Assembly: GCA_012517435.1 (NCBI GenBank)
Contig: JAAYUY010000086.1
Location: 1 to 62,808, forward strand
Source of the DNA: Sphingobacteriales bacterium
GTDB lineage: Bacteria; Bacteroidota; Bacteroidia; CAILMK01; JAAYUY01
Direction of reading: 5' to 3'
Length of the DNA stretch: 62,808 nt
Position numbers and translations under genes: made by a program. The first letter of the stretch is position 1. Each line of letters begins with the position of its first letter. Below the pieces are notes generated by a model. The model had not been told where the DNA came from. It ran no database searches and worked only from the letters and a program-made list of their open reading frames with translations. Shown piece after piece: positions 1 to 10,221 of this stretch.

Positions 1-77
1 AAAAAAACTCACCACGTAGCACACACAGCAATGTGGAGAAGAGAGTAAAAAACCTTATCGGGAAAAATAAAATTAAT

Positions 78-108
78 TTTGTTGATAATTTGAAAGTATA
101 TACTTTTG
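78..108 (+). promoter_or_regulatory. Bacteroidota-type promoter for the rpsU operon (-33 TTTG at 78-81, -7 TACTTTTG at 101-108)
   Basis: Exact TAnnTTTG match about 40 nt upstream of the rpsU ATG, with a TTTG 19 nt further upstream. This is a motif match only; there are no TSS data. Confidence 0.5.
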
Positions 109-145
109 CAGTCCGTAAAAAAATCAAATAACACGTAAAAAAGAG

Positions 146-340
146 ATGATAACAGTACAGGTTAGTGACAATGAATCAATTGATAAGGCATTAAAACGTT
201 TTAAAAAGAAACTTGAAAAAAGTGGGGTTTTAAAGGAATACAGAAACCGCAGGTTTTTTACAAAAAAGTCAATTGAAAGAAGAAACGAAATCGGCAGAGC
301 TGCATTCCGTCAGCGTCTTGCCAGCATGGAAAACAAATAG
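146..340 (+). CDS. rpsU: 30S ribosomal protein S21
   Basis: 64-aa basic protein (KALKRFKKKLEKSGVLKEYRNRRFFTKKS) typical of S21. Confidence 0.95.
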   Translation: MITVQVSDNESIDKALKRFKKKLEKSGVLKEYRNRRFFTKKSIERRNEIGRAAFRQRLASMENK

Positions 341-353
341 TTAGTACCGGGTT

Positions 354-1232
354 ATGATCCGGGAATTTCTACATTGGTTAAAGTATGAAAAACGCTTTTC
401 TGAACATACAGTAAATTCATATAAGTCTGATTTAGAGCAATTTGAGGATTTTTTAAAAAACATTGACAAAGACCTGAAATTGGAAACTGCAACTACTCCG
501 GCTATTAAATCATGGATTGTTAACTTAATGGAGAACGGCTATCATCCATCCTCAGCAGGCAGAAAACTGGTGGCTCTTAACACTTATTTCAAGTATCTCA
601 TACGGGAAAATATACGTGAAGACAATCCGGCCAGCGGAGTAAGAACTCCTAAAAAACCCACCAGGCTTGTCAAGTATCTGGAAGAAAATGAAATTTTAAA
701 AGTCCTTGAAAGCTGTACGTATGAAGAAAGTTTTGAAGGTTTACGCGACAATTTAATACTTGAATTACTGTATGGGACAGGCATTCGCCTTTCGGAGCTT
801 ATCAATCTGAAAATGAATGATTTTGATAAGTCCAGCGGGACGATTAAGGTGTTGGGGAAAAGGAACAAGGAAAGGATCATTCCGGTCAATTCCACTTTGA
901 GGAAAAAGATGGAGGAATATTTTCTGCTCAGAAAATCAGAGATTTCGACAGATCAGCCGTTTTTGTTATTGACAGCCAAAGGGAAAAAACTATATCCCAT
1001 GATGGTTTACCGGACGGTAAAAAAATATGTTGAGCAGATAGTGGAACGAACGACAATCAGTCCGCATGTATTAAGGCACAGCTTTGCAACTCATCTGTTG
1101 AACAGAGGTGCCGATATCAATGCAATAAAGGAACTTTTAGGTCATGCCAACCTTGCTGCAACGCAGATTTACACGCATCAAAGCATAGAAAAATTAAAAA
1201 AAGTACATAAACAAAGTCATCCAAGAGGTTAA
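354..1232 (+). CDS. Tyrosine recombinase, XerC/XerD family
   Basis: 292 aa with an N-terminal SAM-like domain. Catalytic signature present: GIRLSEL, HVLRHSFATHLL, LGHANLAATQIYTH. Confidence 0.85.
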   Translation: MIREFLHWLKYEKRFSEHTVNSYKSDLEQFEDFLKNIDKDLKLETATTPAIKSWIVNLMENGYHPSSAGRKLVALNTYFKYLIRENIREDNPASGVRTPKKPTRLVKYLEENEILKVLESCTYEESFEGLRDNLILELLYGTGIRLSELINLKMNDFDKSSGTIKVLGKRNKERIIPVNSTLRKKMEEYFLLRKSEISTDQPFLLLTAKGKKLYPMMVYRTVKKYVEQIVERTTISPHVLRHSFATHLLNRGADINAIKELLGHANLAATQIYTHQSIEKLKKVHKQSHPRG

Positions 1233-1243
1233 ATTTTGAAGTT

Positions 1244-1528
1244 ATGAAAATAGATATTCATGCTAAAAATGTCGAGTTGAATGATTCACTCAGGCAATTA
1301 ATTAATAATAAGGTAAGTAAGCTCAATACCTTCCATAACCAAATTATCAATACGGATGTATATCTGAGAAATGAAGGAGAGAGTCTGCATTCCAACGAAA
1401 TTCAGATAAAACTGAGCGTCAGGAATCAGACACTGGTGGCCAAGGAAACCAATGAAAGTTTTGAAAAAGCGCTGGATTTGGCGGTTGACAGCATGAAAAG
1501 GCAATTGAAAAAAATCAAGGAAAAATAA
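1244..1528 (+). CDS. hpf: Ribosome hibernation promoting factor / RaiA, short form
   Basis: 94-aa protein with the HPF/YfiA-like pattern (MKIDIHAKNVELNDSLRQLINNKVSKL ... KRQLKKIKEK). Lies 11 nt after the recombinase gene. Confidence 0.8.
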   Translation: MKIDIHAKNVELNDSLRQLINNKVSKLNTFHNQIINTDVYLRNEGESLHSNEIQIKLSVRNQTLVAKETNESFEKALDLAVDSMKRQLKKIKEK

Positions 1529-1565
1529 TTAAAAATTAATTTTCAGTATTCAGAAAAAATATTTC

Positions 1566-1573
1566 TATCTTTG
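1566..1573 (+). promoter_or_regulatory. -7 box TATCTTTG for the tRNA-tuf transcription unit
   Basis: Exact TAnnTTTG match 67 nt upstream of the first tRNA. Followed by GCACTCC, as in the rpsU and rpsL promoters. Confidence 0.5.
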
Positions 1574-1640
1574 CACTCCGTTTTTTTTATCGAATAGAGA
1601 GCATTCGATTTTGTTCTTTAGCATTTTGAGGAAAAAAGAT

Positions 1641-1713
1641 GCCGATGTAGCTCAGTTGGTAGAGCAGCTGATTTGTAATCAGCGGGTCGGGGGTTCAAGT
1701 CCCTTCATCGGCT
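1641..1713 (+). tRNA. tRNA-Thr (anticodon UGU)
   Basis: Cloverleaf read by eye: acceptor GCCGATG/CATCGGC, anticodon loop TTTGTAA, T-loop GGTTCAAGTCC. Confidence 0.9.
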
Positions 1714-1723
1714 CAAAAAAGTA

Positions 1724-1806
1724 GGGGAGGTTCCAGAGCGGTCAAATGGGGCAGACTGTAAATCTGTTGGCGCACGCCTTCGGTGGTTCGAATCCGCCCC
1801 TCCCCA
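1724..1806 (+). tRNA. tRNA-Tyr (anticodon GUA), long variable arm
   Basis: Acceptor GGGGAGG/CCTCCCC, anticodon loop CTGTAAA, long variable arm, T-loop GGTTCGAATCC. Confidence 0.9.
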
Positions 1807-1896
1807 CTTAAAGACATTGATTTCAAAATCAGAGTTTTGGAAAAGGTAAAAAGTTATTGCCACCAATCCGGAACGAAAAGCTTTGGGATCAAAAAT

Positions 1897-1969
1897 GCGG
1901 GAGTAGCTCAGTTGGCAGAGCGACAGCCTTCCAAGCTGTAGGTCGCGGGTTCGAACCTCGTCTCCCGCT
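1897..1969 (+). tRNA. tRNA-Gly (anticodon UCC)
   Basis: Acceptor GCGGGAG/CTCCCGC, anticodon loop CTTCCAA, T-loop GGTTCGAACC. Confidence 0.9.
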
Positions 1970-2003
1970 CAAAATCAGGCATTTAAGCCGATGCTTAGTG
2001 CTT

Positions 2004-2076
2004 GCCGATGTAGCTCAGCTGGTAGAGCACGTCCTTGGTAAGGACGGGGTCACGGGTTCAAGTCCCGTCATTGGCT
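2004..2076 (+). tRNA. tRNA-Thr (anticodon GGU)
   Basis: Acceptor GCCGATG/CATTGGC, anticodon loop TTGGTAA, T-loop GGTTCAAGTCC. Confidence 0.9.
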
Positions 2077-2116
2077 CGAATTTATTAATTTTGAACACAA
2101 ATACAGGAATTTAATT

Positions 2117-3304
2117 ATGGCAAAAGAAAAATTTGAACGTGGTAAACCTCACGTAAACATTGGAACAATTGGTCATATTGACCATGGTAAGACTACCTTG
2201 ACTGCTGCTATCACCCTGATCCTTTCAAAATCAGGTTTGGCTGAGTTCAGGTCTTTTGATTCAATTGACAATGCTCCTGAAGAAAAGGAAAGAGGTATTA
2301 CAATCAACACAGCTCATGTGGAGTACCAGACTGCAAACAGGCATTATGCACACGTTGACTGTCCCGGACATGCCGACTATATCAAAAATATGGTTACCGG
2401 TGCTGCTCAGATGGACGGTGCTATTCTGGTCGTTGCTGCAACTGACGGACCTATGCCTCAGACAAGGGAACATATCCTTTTGGCTTATCAGGTTGGCGTT
2501 CCAAGAATGGTTGTTTTCATGAACAAGGTTGATATGGTTGACGATCCTGAACTCCTCGATCTGGTAGAAATGGAAGTCAGAGACCTTTTGACTTTCTACG
2601 GCTATGACGGAGACAATGCTCCCGTAATCCGTGGTTCTGCCTTAGGTGCACTCAATGGAGAAGAAAAATGGGTGAATACCGTTATGGAACTGATGGAAGC
2701 TGTTGATGAATACATTCCGTTACCAGTGCGTGCTATCGACAAACCATTCCTGATGCCTATCGAAGACGTGTTTTCAATCACCGGTCGTGGTACAGTTGCC
2801 ACAGGTAGAATTGAAAGAGGTGTGATTAAAGTCGGAGAAAAGGTACAGATTGTTGGTTTCATGGAAAAACCACTTGAAACAACCGTAACCGGAGTCGAAA
2901 TGTTCCGTAAGCTTCTGGATCAGGGAGAAGCTGGCGACAATGCAGGTCTGCTGCTTCGCGGTATTGATAAAAACGAAATCAGAAGAGGAATGGTTATCGC
3001 AGCTCCTAACTCTATCACCCCTCATACCAAATTCAAAGGTCAGGTTTACGTTTTGAAAAAGGAAGAAGGTGGACGTCATACCCCATTCTTTACCAATTAC
3101 CGTCCTCAGTTCTATCTCCGTACAACTGACGTAACAGGAATCTGTAACTTACCCGAAGGTGTTGAAATGGTGATGCCTGGCGATAATGTAACCATTACCG
3201 TTGAGCTGATTACCCCTGTTGCTATAGAAAAAGGTTTGCGTTTTGCAATCCGTGAAGGTGGAAGAACCATCGGAGCAGGTCAGGTTACCGAAATTATTGA
3301 ATAA
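2117..3304 (+). CDS. tuf: Elongation factor Tu
   Basis: 395 aa with [22 protein letters not shown] and NKVD GTPase motifs. Full-length EF-Tu. Confidence 0.98.
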   Translation: MAKEKFERGKPHVNIGTIGHIDHGKTTLTAAITLILSKSGLAEFRSFDSIDNAPEEKERGITINTAHVEYQTANRHYAHVDCPGHADYIKNMVTGAAQMDGAILVVAATDGPMPQTREHILLAYQVGVPRMVVFMNKVDMVDDPELLDLVEMEVRDLLTFYGYDGDNAPVIRGSALGALNGEEKWVNTVMELMEAVDEYIPLPVRAIDKPFLMPIEDVFSITGRGTVATGRIERGVIKVGEKVQIVGFMEKPLETTVTGVEMFRKLLDQGEAGDNAGLLLRGIDKNEIRRGMVIAAPNSITPHTKFKGQVYVLKKEEGGRHTPFFTNYRPQFYLRTTDVTGICNLPEGVEMVMPGDNVTITVELITPVAIEKGLRFAIREGGRTIGAGQVTEIIE

Positions 3305-3323
3305 GATATTTTTAAATAGGAAC

Positions 3324-3396
<73 letters not shown>

Positions 3397-3408
3397 CCTA
3401 AATTACTG

Positions 3409-3609
3409 ATGAGCATGAAGAAAATTAAGGAATTGCTGAAAGTTACCTGGGATGAGCTGATTCATAAGGTAACATGGCCGACATGGGATGAGCTTCAATC
3501 GAGCGCTGTCATCACACTGGTTGCTTCACTCATCATTGCGGTACTGGTCTTCATTATGGATGCTGTATTTGAAAATGTGTTTAAATTATTTTATCAGATA
3601 TTTTCATAG
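3409..3609 (+). CDS. secE: Preprotein translocase subunit SecE
   Basis: Small protein with one C-terminal TM helix (AVITLVASLIIAVLVFIMDAVF), directly upstream of nusG. I chose the ATG at 3409 because the ORF-track GTG at 3394 overlaps tRNA-Trp. Confidence 0.75.
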   Translation: MSMKKIKELLKVTWDELIHKVTWPTWDELQSSAVITLVASLIIAVLVFIMDAVFENVFKLFYQIFS

Positions 3610-3616
3610 TTAATCA

Positions 3617-4159
3617 ATGCAGGCTCCTGATTTTAAATGGTATGTTGTCCGTGTCATCAGTGGCAGGGAAGAAAAAATCAAAGAGCATATTCTTTTTGAG
3701 ATTGAAAAAGCCAATCTGAAAGATTATGTTCGCCAGGCCATTGTTCCCGTTGAAAAAGTCATCCAGCTCCGCAATGGCAAAAAAATCACCAAGGATAAAA
3801 ACTTTTATCCCGGCTATGTCATTATCGAGGCTTCCCTGACACCTGAGGTAAAGTTTACCATTAAAAACACAACAGGGGTATTTGATTTTTTAGGAACCAA
3901 AGATACCCCCATACCTTTACGTCAGGCAGAAATTAACCGGATACTTGGAAAAATAGAGCAGGCATCTGAAGTCGGTGAGCAGCTTGAAGTACCATTCCTG
4001 ATCGGAGAGCCTGTGAAAATTACAGATGGCCCGTTTAACGGATTTAACGGTGTCATCGAAGAAATTAATGAAGAGAAGAAGAAACTTAAAGTCATTGTAA
4101 AGATATTCGGAAGGAGAACTCCTGTAGAACTGAATTACATGCAGGTAGAAAAAAGTTAA
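3617..4159 (+). CDS. nusG: Transcription termination/antitermination factor NusG
   Basis: 180 aa with an NGN domain ([16 protein letters not shown]) and a KOW motif ([21 protein letters not shown]). Confidence 0.93.
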   Translation: MQAPDFKWYVVRVISGREEKIKEHILFEIEKANLKDYVRQAIVPVEKVIQLRNGKKITKDKNFYPGYVIIEASLTPEVKFTIKNTTGVFDFLGTKDTPIPLRQAEINRILGKIEQASEVGEQLEVPFLIGEPVKITDGPFNGFNGVIEEINEEKKKLKVIVKIFGRRTPVELNYMQVEKS

Positions 4160-4164
4160 TTGTT

Positions 4165-4608
4165 ATGGCTAAAGAAATTGCAACATTTATTAAACTTCAG
4201 ATAAAAGGTGGAGCTGCAAATCCATCACCGCCAATAGGCCCCGCTTTGGGTTCCAAAGGTGTGAACATCATGGAGTTTTGTAAACAGTTTAATGCAAGAA
4301 CGCAGAATATGGCAGGCAAAACAGTGCCTGTTGTGATAACTGTTTACACCGACAAATCCTTTTCATTTGAAATAAAGACATCTCCGGCTGCTGTGCAGTT
4401 ACTGGAAGCTGCCAAAATTCAGAAAGGTTCTGCTGAACCCAACAGAAATAAGTCAGGATCAGTAACATGGGCACAAATTGAAGAAATTGCCAAAGATAAA
4501 ATGCCCGACCTGAATACGACCAAACTCGAATCAGCGATGAAAATGATAGCCGGTACGGCTCGTAGTATGGGTATTACAGTTACCGGAGTAGCTCCTTGGG
4601 AAAATTAA
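4165..4608 (+). CDS. rplK: 50S ribosomal protein L11
   Basis: [35 protein letters not shown] is the L11 signature. Confidence 0.97.
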   Translation: MAKEIATFIKLQIKGGAANPSPPIGPALGSKGVNIMEFCKQFNARTQNMAGKTVPVVITVYTDKSFSFEIKTSPAAVQLLEAAKIQKGSAEPNRNKSGSVTWAQIEEIAKDKMPDLNTTKLESAMKMIAGTARSMGITVTGVAPWEN

Positions 4609-4620
4609 AAAAATTGAGAA

Positions 4621-5319
4621 GTGACAACTTTAACAAAAAATAGAAAAGCCGCCCTGTCGAAGATTGAAAAGGGTAAGTTGTATGAGCTGAAAGAAGCTGT
4701 CAGGCTGGTAAAAGATATTACTTATACCAAGTTCAACGCCTCTGTGGATATTGATGTCCGTTTGGGTGTCGATCCCAAAAAAGCCAATCAGATGGTCAGA
4801 GGGGTTTCCACCTTGCCTCATGGCACAGGAAAAGAACTTAAAGTGCTGGTATTGTGTAATCCGGATGTGGAAGAAGCAGCCAGGGAAGCCGGTGCCGATT
4901 ATGTCGGACTCGATACCTATCTTGATAAAATTAAGGATGGCTGGACAGACGTTGATATCATTATCACCAGCCCCGACATTATGCCAAAACTTGGACGTTT
5001 TGGTAAAATTCTGGGGCCGAGAGGATTAATGCCCAATCCAAAATCAGGTACGGTTACCAATGATATTCCAAAGGCAGTCAGGGAAGTAAAAAGTGGTAAA
5101 ATTGACTTCAAAGTTGATAAATACGGAATTATCCATACAACAGTAGGCCGTGTATCATTTACTCCCGAACAGCTTTTTGAAAACGTAACTGAGTTGGTGC
5201 AAACCATACAAAAATTACGTCCGGCTGCCGCCAAGGGAGCTTATTTCAAAGGAATTACTTTATCGAGCACCATGAGTCCGGGAATTGAAATTGATATTAA
5301 ATCCATTCCAGGTATTTAA
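4621..5319 (+). CDS. rplA: 50S ribosomal protein L1 (GTG start)
   Basis: 232 aa, L1-like throughout ([35 protein letters not shown]). Sits in the conserved rplKAJL order. Confidence 0.95.
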   Translation: MTTLTKNRKAALSKIEKGKLYELKEAVRLVKDITYTKFNASVDIDVRLGVDPKKANQMVRGVSTLPHGTGKELKVLVLCNPDVEEAAREAGADYVGLDTYLDKIKDGWTDVDIIITSPDIMPKLGRFGKILGPRGLMPNPKSGTVTNDIPKAVREVKSGKIDFKVDKYGIIHTTVGRVSFTPEQLFENVTELVQTIQKLRPAAAKGAYFKGITLSSTMSPGIEIDIKSIPGI

Positions 5320-5329
5320 AGTTTAGATT

Positions 5330-5845
5330 ATGAATAAGGAAAAGAAATACGAAATAGTCAACGAGCTTGCCGACATCATCAGCAAAAAGAATAATTTTAT
5401 TATTGCCGATGTATCCGGGCTTAGTGTGAAAGACACCGTTGAATTAAGAAAGCTTTGCCATAAAAATGGAATCAGCCTGATAGTATCCAAAAATACGCTG
5501 ATTGTCAAAGCACTTGAAAAACTTAACCTGAATAATGAAGAGCTGGTGAAGAGTCTGAAAGGTCCATCATCACTGATGTTTTGTGATAATCCGACAGCTC
5601 CTGCAAAAGTCATTAAGGAATTCAGGAAAAAAGCAACAAAACCCGACATTAAAGCCGCATATATCGAAGAATCGGTCTATGTAGGCGATAATCTTGTCGA
5701 TTCGCTGATGAACATCAAATCGAAAAATGAACTTCTTGGCGAATTAGTCGGCTTGCTGAATTCACCGATCAGAAATCTGGTCTCGGCCCTGAACAGCAAG
5801 GGACAGGAAATTATGGGTGTTTTGGAAACATTATCAAAAAAGTAA
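5330..5845 (+). CDS. rplJ: 50S ribosomal protein L10
   Basis: 171 aa, positioned between rplA and rplL. L10-like N-terminus. Confidence 0.9.
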   Translation: MNKEKKYEIVNELADIISKKNNFIIADVSGLSVKDTVELRKLCHKNGISLIVSKNTLIVKALEKLNLNNEELVKSLKGPSSLMFCDNPTAPAKVIKEFRKKATKPDIKAAYIEESVYVGDNLVDSLMNIKSKNELLGELVGLLNSPIRNLVSALNSKGQEIMGVLETLSKK

Positions 5846-5886
5846 CTTATTAAAAAATTTATAAATCACTACTAAAATTTTAAAAA

Positions 5887-6270
5887 ATGGCAGATATTAG
5901 AGCGATTGCTGAAGAGTTAGTGAATCTCACTGTTAAGGAAGTCAATGAACTTACCGCTTTATTGAAAAATGAATATGGAATTGAACCAGCAGCAGCAGCA
6001 GTAGCTGTGGCAGCCCCCGTTGCCGGAGCCACCGCAGAAGCTGAAGTTGTGGAAGAAAAAACATCATTTGATGTTATTCTGAAGAGTGCCGGAGGTGCTA
6101 AACTTCAGGTTGTTAAAGTTGTGAAAGATATCACCGGATTAGGTCTGAAAGAAGCAAAAGACCTCGTTGATGCTGCTCCCAAAGAAGTCAAAACAGGTAT
6201 TTCAAAAGAAGAGGCTGAAAGTTTTAAAGCAAGATTAGAAGAAGTTGGTGCAGAGGTTGAACTAAAATAA
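5887..6270 (+). CDS. rplL: 50S ribosomal protein L7/L12
   Basis: 127 aa with an Ala-rich hinge ([14 protein letters not shown]) and a C-terminal domain ([19 protein letters not shown]). Confidence 0.97.
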   Translation: MADIRAIAEELVNLTVKEVNELTALLKNEYGIEPAAAAVAVAAPVAGATAEAEVVEEKTSFDVILKSAGGAKLQVVKVVKDITGLGLKEAKDLVDAAPKEVKTGISKEEAESFKARLEEVGAEVELK

Positions 6271-6310
6271 TTCTATCACTTCTGTGTCAATTTACATATC
6301 ATCCTCGAGG

Positions 6311-6355
6311 TTATACCTTTTACCAATGCTTTTTGGTAAAAGGTATAATTTATCT
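6311..6355 (+). terminator. Intrinsic attenuator hairpin between rplL and rpoB
   Basis: Perfect 16-bp inverted repeat: TTATACCTTTTACCAA (6311-6326) and TTGGTAAAAGGTATAA (6333-6348), with a 6-nt loop, followed by T-rich sequence. Confidence 0.65.
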
Positions 6356-6393
6356 TATAGTTTTTGAAAAGTCAATTTCTTATTTAACATAGT

Positions 6394-9300
6394 ATGAATA
6401 CAAGAAGGATTAATTTCGGGACTATTGAAAGCCCAATGGATTATCCTGATTTTCTCGATATTCAGCTGAAATCATTCCGGGAATTTTTTCAGATTGAATC
6501 CTTATCGGAAGAAAAACGAAACGAAACCCTTTACAAGGTGTTTCAGGAAAATTTCCCCATTACTGATTCAAGGGGCGTCTTTGTCCTTGAATTTCTTGAT
6601 TATTTTATCGACCCTCCCAAGTTTACGGTTGAAGAATGTATCGACAGGGGGTTGACCTACAGCGTTGCATTAAAGGCAAGACTTAAGCTCTCCTGCACCG
6701 ATGAAGAACATGAGGAATTTGAAACTACCGTTCAGGATGTTTTTCTCGGAACTGTCCCATACATGACCGACAGGGGTTCTTTTATCATTAATGGAGCAGA
6801 ACGTGTCATCGTTTCACAGTTGCACCGTTCCCCTGGTGTTTTCTTCAGTCAAAGTTACCATACGAGTGGCGTCAGGCTCTATTCGGCACGTGTTATTCCT
6901 TTTAAAGGTTCATGGATGGAATTTGCTACTGATGTCAGCAACATCATGTATGCTTATATAGACAGAAAAAAGAAATTCCCAGTAACCACCCTCTTACGTG
7001 CTATCGGATATGAGACCGATAAAGACATTCTTGAGCTTTTCGACCTTTCCGAAGAATTTAAAGTTAAAAAAACTGAATTAAAGAAAATTGTCGGCAGACG
7101 CCTCGCTGCAAGAATTCTGAGAAAATGGGTCGAAGACTTTGTAGATGAAGATACCGGTGAAGTGGTTTCTATCGAAAGAAATGAAATCATTATCGAACGT
7201 GATACCGTTTTGACTGAAGATCATATCGACCTGATTCTGAATGCAAATGCAAAAACAGTTATTTTGCATAAAGAAGGTACCAACGCCAATGATTACGAAA
7301 TTATCTACAATACCCTTCAGAAAGATCCTTCCAATTCAGCAAAAGAAGCACTGGAATATATTTACCGTCAGTTAAGAAATACAGATCCCCCCGATGAGGA
7401 AACTGCCAGAGGAATCATTGAAAAACTGTTTTTCTCTGATAAAAGGTATGACCTGGGGCAGGTTGGACGCTACAGACTAAACAGGAAATTAAATCAGAAT
7501 ATTGATGAATCGGTCAGGGTTCTGACTCAGGACGATATCATCAAGATTATCAAATATCTGGTTCAGTTGAGCAATTCGAAGACAGATGTGGACGACATCG
7601 ACCATCTTAGCAACAGGAGGGTCAGGACGGTAGGAGAACAGCTTTACGGTCAGTTTAGTGTCGGGCTCTCAAGGATGGCACGTACCATACGTGAAAAGAT
7701 GAATGTCAGGGACAATGAGGTTTTCAAACCTGTTGACCTGATCAATTCCCGCACGTTGACGTCAGTTCTAAATTCGTTTTTCGGCACCAATCAGTTGTCG
7801 CAGTTCATGGATCAGACCAATGTATTGGCAGAAATCACCCATAAGAGAAGATTGTCAGCACTTGGCCCCGGAGGTTTGAGCCGCGACAGGGCTGGTTTTG
7901 AAGTCCGTGACGTTCACTACACTCACTATGGAAGGTTATGTACCATCGAAACACCTGAAGGTCCGAACATCGGTCTTATTTCCACACTTGCTGTTTATGC
8001 AAGAATCAATGAAATGGGATTCATTGAAACCCCATACCGCAAGGTGCAGGATGGTATCGTATTGAACGGAATTGAAAACGTGCAGTATCTATCTGCTGAA
8101 GAAGAAGATGAATGTATCATTGCCCAGGCAAATGCTCCTTTAGATAAATCAACAGGTTCATTTATCAACAGGTTTGTCAAATGCCGTGAGGGAGGTGAGT
8201 TTTCAATTATTGACAACAAGCGGGTCAATTATATGGATATTTCACCTAACCAGATTGTTTCGGTGGCTGCTTCCCTGATTCCTTTCCTCGAACATGATGA
8301 TGCAAACAGGGCTCTCATGGGTTCAAACATGCAACGCCAGGCCGTTCCTTTGATTCGTCCGGAAGCTCCTATCGTGGGAACCGGAATTGAAGAAAGGGTA
8401 GCCCGCGACTCAAGAATTTTCCCTGTTGCCGAATTTGACGGCACCATCGAATATGTAGATGCCAACAAGATTGTCATTCGGTATGAAAGGAATGAAGAAG
8501 AACAACTTATTGATTTCGAAGGAGATGTTGTTACTATCCCATTGACCAAATTCAGACGTACCAACCAAAATACCGCAATTTGTATCAATCCCATTGTCAG
8601 AAAAGGACAGAAAGTCAAGAAGGGTGAAATCCTTTGTGATGGATTTTCGACAGTAGAGGGTGAGCTTGCTTTGGGGAGAAACCTGATGGTTGCCTTCATG
8701 CCCTGGCAGGGATACAATTTTGAAGATGCTATCGTCATTTCGGAAAAAGCTGTAAAAGAAGACTGGTTTACTTCGCTGCATATCACCGAATATGAACTGG
8801 ATGTCAGAGATACTAAACGTGGAATGGAAGAATTTACTTCCGATATTCCGAATGTCAGTGAAGATGCTACCAGAAATCTTGACGACATGGGCTTAATCCG
8901 TATTGGTGCTGAAGTCAGGGAAGGGGATATTCTGATTGGAAAAATTACCCCGAAAGGAGAAAGTGAACCTTCACCTGAAGAAAAGCTTTTGCGTGCTATT
9001 TTCGGTGACAAAGCCGGTGATGTAAAAGATGTATCGCTCCGCATGCCACCATCTTCCGTAGGTATTGTGATTGATAAAAAACTGTTTGAAAGGGTAAAAA
9101 GAGATAAAGAAGGCAAACAGAAAAGCAAGGATGATCTTGAAAAGATAGAAAGTACCTACAAGAAAAACTGCGAAATGTACAGGCAGGCACTCATTGACAA
9201 ATTGCTGAAAATACTTGCCAATGAAACCAGCCGTGGTGTGGTTAATGAATATGGTGAAGTGGTCATTCCGCGAGGTAACAAGTTTAATCAGAAGGCACTG

Positions 9301-10200
9301 CTGAAGATTCAGGATTACAATCTGTTGAGACCTGAAAAATGGACAAACAACGAAACGGTAAATGAACTGGTTAAAAAGGTTCTTCAGAATTACAAACGTA
9401 AGTATAACGCAGAAAGCGGCTGGCTGAAACGTATGCAGTTTACCCTGACTGTTGGGGATGAGCTTCCTACCGGTGTGATAAAACTTGCCAAAGTATATGT
9501 GGCTGAGAAGAGAAAGCTGAAGGTAGGGGATAAGATGGCCGGTAGGCATGGGAATAAGGGCGTTGTTGCCAAAATAGTTCCTGAAGAAGATATGCCGTTC
9601 CTCGAAGACGGTACCCCGGTGGATATTGTTCTTAATCCTCTGGGTGTTCCTTCCCGTATGAACCTCGGACAGATTTACGAATCTATTCTTGGCTGGGCAG
9701 GGCGTGAATTAGGACTTAAGTTTGCCACCCCGATTTTTGACGGTGCCAGTGAAGAGCAGATTGAGGAATATATTCAGAAAGCGGGACTTCCTTCCTTTGG
9801 CAGGACTTACCTTTACAACGGGCTGACAGGCGAAAGATTCCACCAGATGGCTACTGTTGGGGTGATTTATATGATAAAACTGGTTCACATGGTGGACGAT
9901 AAGATGCATGCCCGCTCCATCGGTCCTTATTCACTGATTACACAACAGCCTCTGGGTGGTAAATCACAGTTTGGTGGTCAGCGTTTTGGTGAAATGGAAG
10001 TCTGGGCACTCGAAGCCTTTGGGGCCTCCAATGTGCTGCGTGAAGTTCTGACCATTAAATCTGACGACATTGTCGGAAGGGCCAAAACGTATGAAGCCAT
10101 CGTGAAAGGTGAACCCATTATTGAATATGGCATTCCGGAATCTATCAACGTGCTTATCAATGAGTTAAAAGCACTGGCTCTTGATGTTCAATTTGAGTAA
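6394..10200 (+). CDS. rpoB: DNA-directed RNA polymerase subunit beta
   Basis: 1268 aa. Conserved beta-subunit blocks present ([52 protein letters not shown]). Confidence 0.99.
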   Translation: MNTRRINFGTIESPMDYPDFLDIQLKSFREFFQIESLSEEKRNETLYKVFQENFPITDSRGVFVLEFLDYFIDPPKFTVEECIDRGLTYSVALKARLKLSCTDEEHEEFETTVQDVFLGTVPYMTDRGSFIINGAERVIVSQLHRSPGVFFSQSYHTSGVRLYSARVIPFKGSWMEFATDVSNIMYAYIDRKKKFPVTTLLRAIGYETDKDILELFDLSEEFKVKKTELKKIVGRRLAARILRKWVEDFVDEDTGEVVSIERNEIIIERDTVLTEDHIDLILNANAKTVILHKEGTNANDYEIIYNTLQKDPSNSAKEALEYIYRQLRNTDPPDEETARGIIEKLFFSDKRYDLGQVGRYRLNRKLNQNIDESVRVLTQDDIIKIIKYLVQLSNSKTDVDDIDHLSNRRVRTVGEQLYGQFSVGLSRMARTIREKMNVRDNEVFKPVDLINSRTLTSVLNSFFGTNQLSQFMDQTNVLAEITHKRRLSALGPGGLSRDRAGFEVRDVHYTHYGRLCTIETPEGPNIGLISTLAVYARINEMGFIETPYRKVQDGIVLNGIENVQYLSAEEEDECIIAQANAPLDKSTGSFINRFVKCREGGEFSIIDNKRVNYMDISPNQIVSVAASLIPFLEHDDANRALMGSNMQRQAVPLIRPEAPIVGTGIEERVARDSRIFPVAEFDGTIEYVDANKIVIRYERNEEEQLIDFEGDVVTIPLTKFRRTNQNTAICINPIVRKGQKVKKGEILCDGFSTVEGELALGRNLMVAFMPWQGYNFEDAIVISEKAVKEDWFTSLHITEYELDVRDTKRGMEEFTSDIPNVSEDATRNLDDMGLIRIGAEVREGDILIGKITPKGESEPSPEEKLLRAIFGDKAGDVKDVSLRMPPSSVGIVIDKKLFERVKRDKEGKQKSKDDLEKIESTYKKNCEMYRQALIDKLLKILANETSRGVVNEYGEVVIPRGNKFNQKALLKIQDYNLLRPEKWTNNETVNELVKKVLQNYKRKYNAESGWLKRMQFTLTVGDELPTGVIKLAKVYVAEKRKLKVGDKMAGRHGNKGVVAKIVPEEDMPFLEDGTPVDIVLNPLGVPSRMNLGQIYESILGWAGRELGLKFATPIFDGASEEQIEEYIQKAGLPSFGRTYLYNGLTGERFHQMATVGVIYMIKLVHMVDDKMHARSIGPYSLITQQPLGGKSQFGGQRFGEMEVWALEAFGASNVLREVLTIKSDDIVGRAKTYEAIVKGEPIIEYGIPESINVLINELKALALDVQFE

Positions 10201-10221
10201 AAATTAAAATTAAGTGATATT

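Noticed and set aside
1857-2114. 85-aa ORF spanning the tRNA-Gly and tRNA-Thr genes
   Set aside because: It reads straight through two well-formed tRNA genes and their spacers, so it is an artefact of ORF calling.
8229-9128. 299-aa antisense ORF inside rpoB, plus the overlapping 192-aa ORF at 8971-9549
   Set aside because: It lies entirely within the strongly conserved rpoB coding frame. Its product is Ser/Leu/Phe-rich low-complexity sequence of the kind generated by the complement of a codon-biased gene. It has no promoter box and no recognisable domain.
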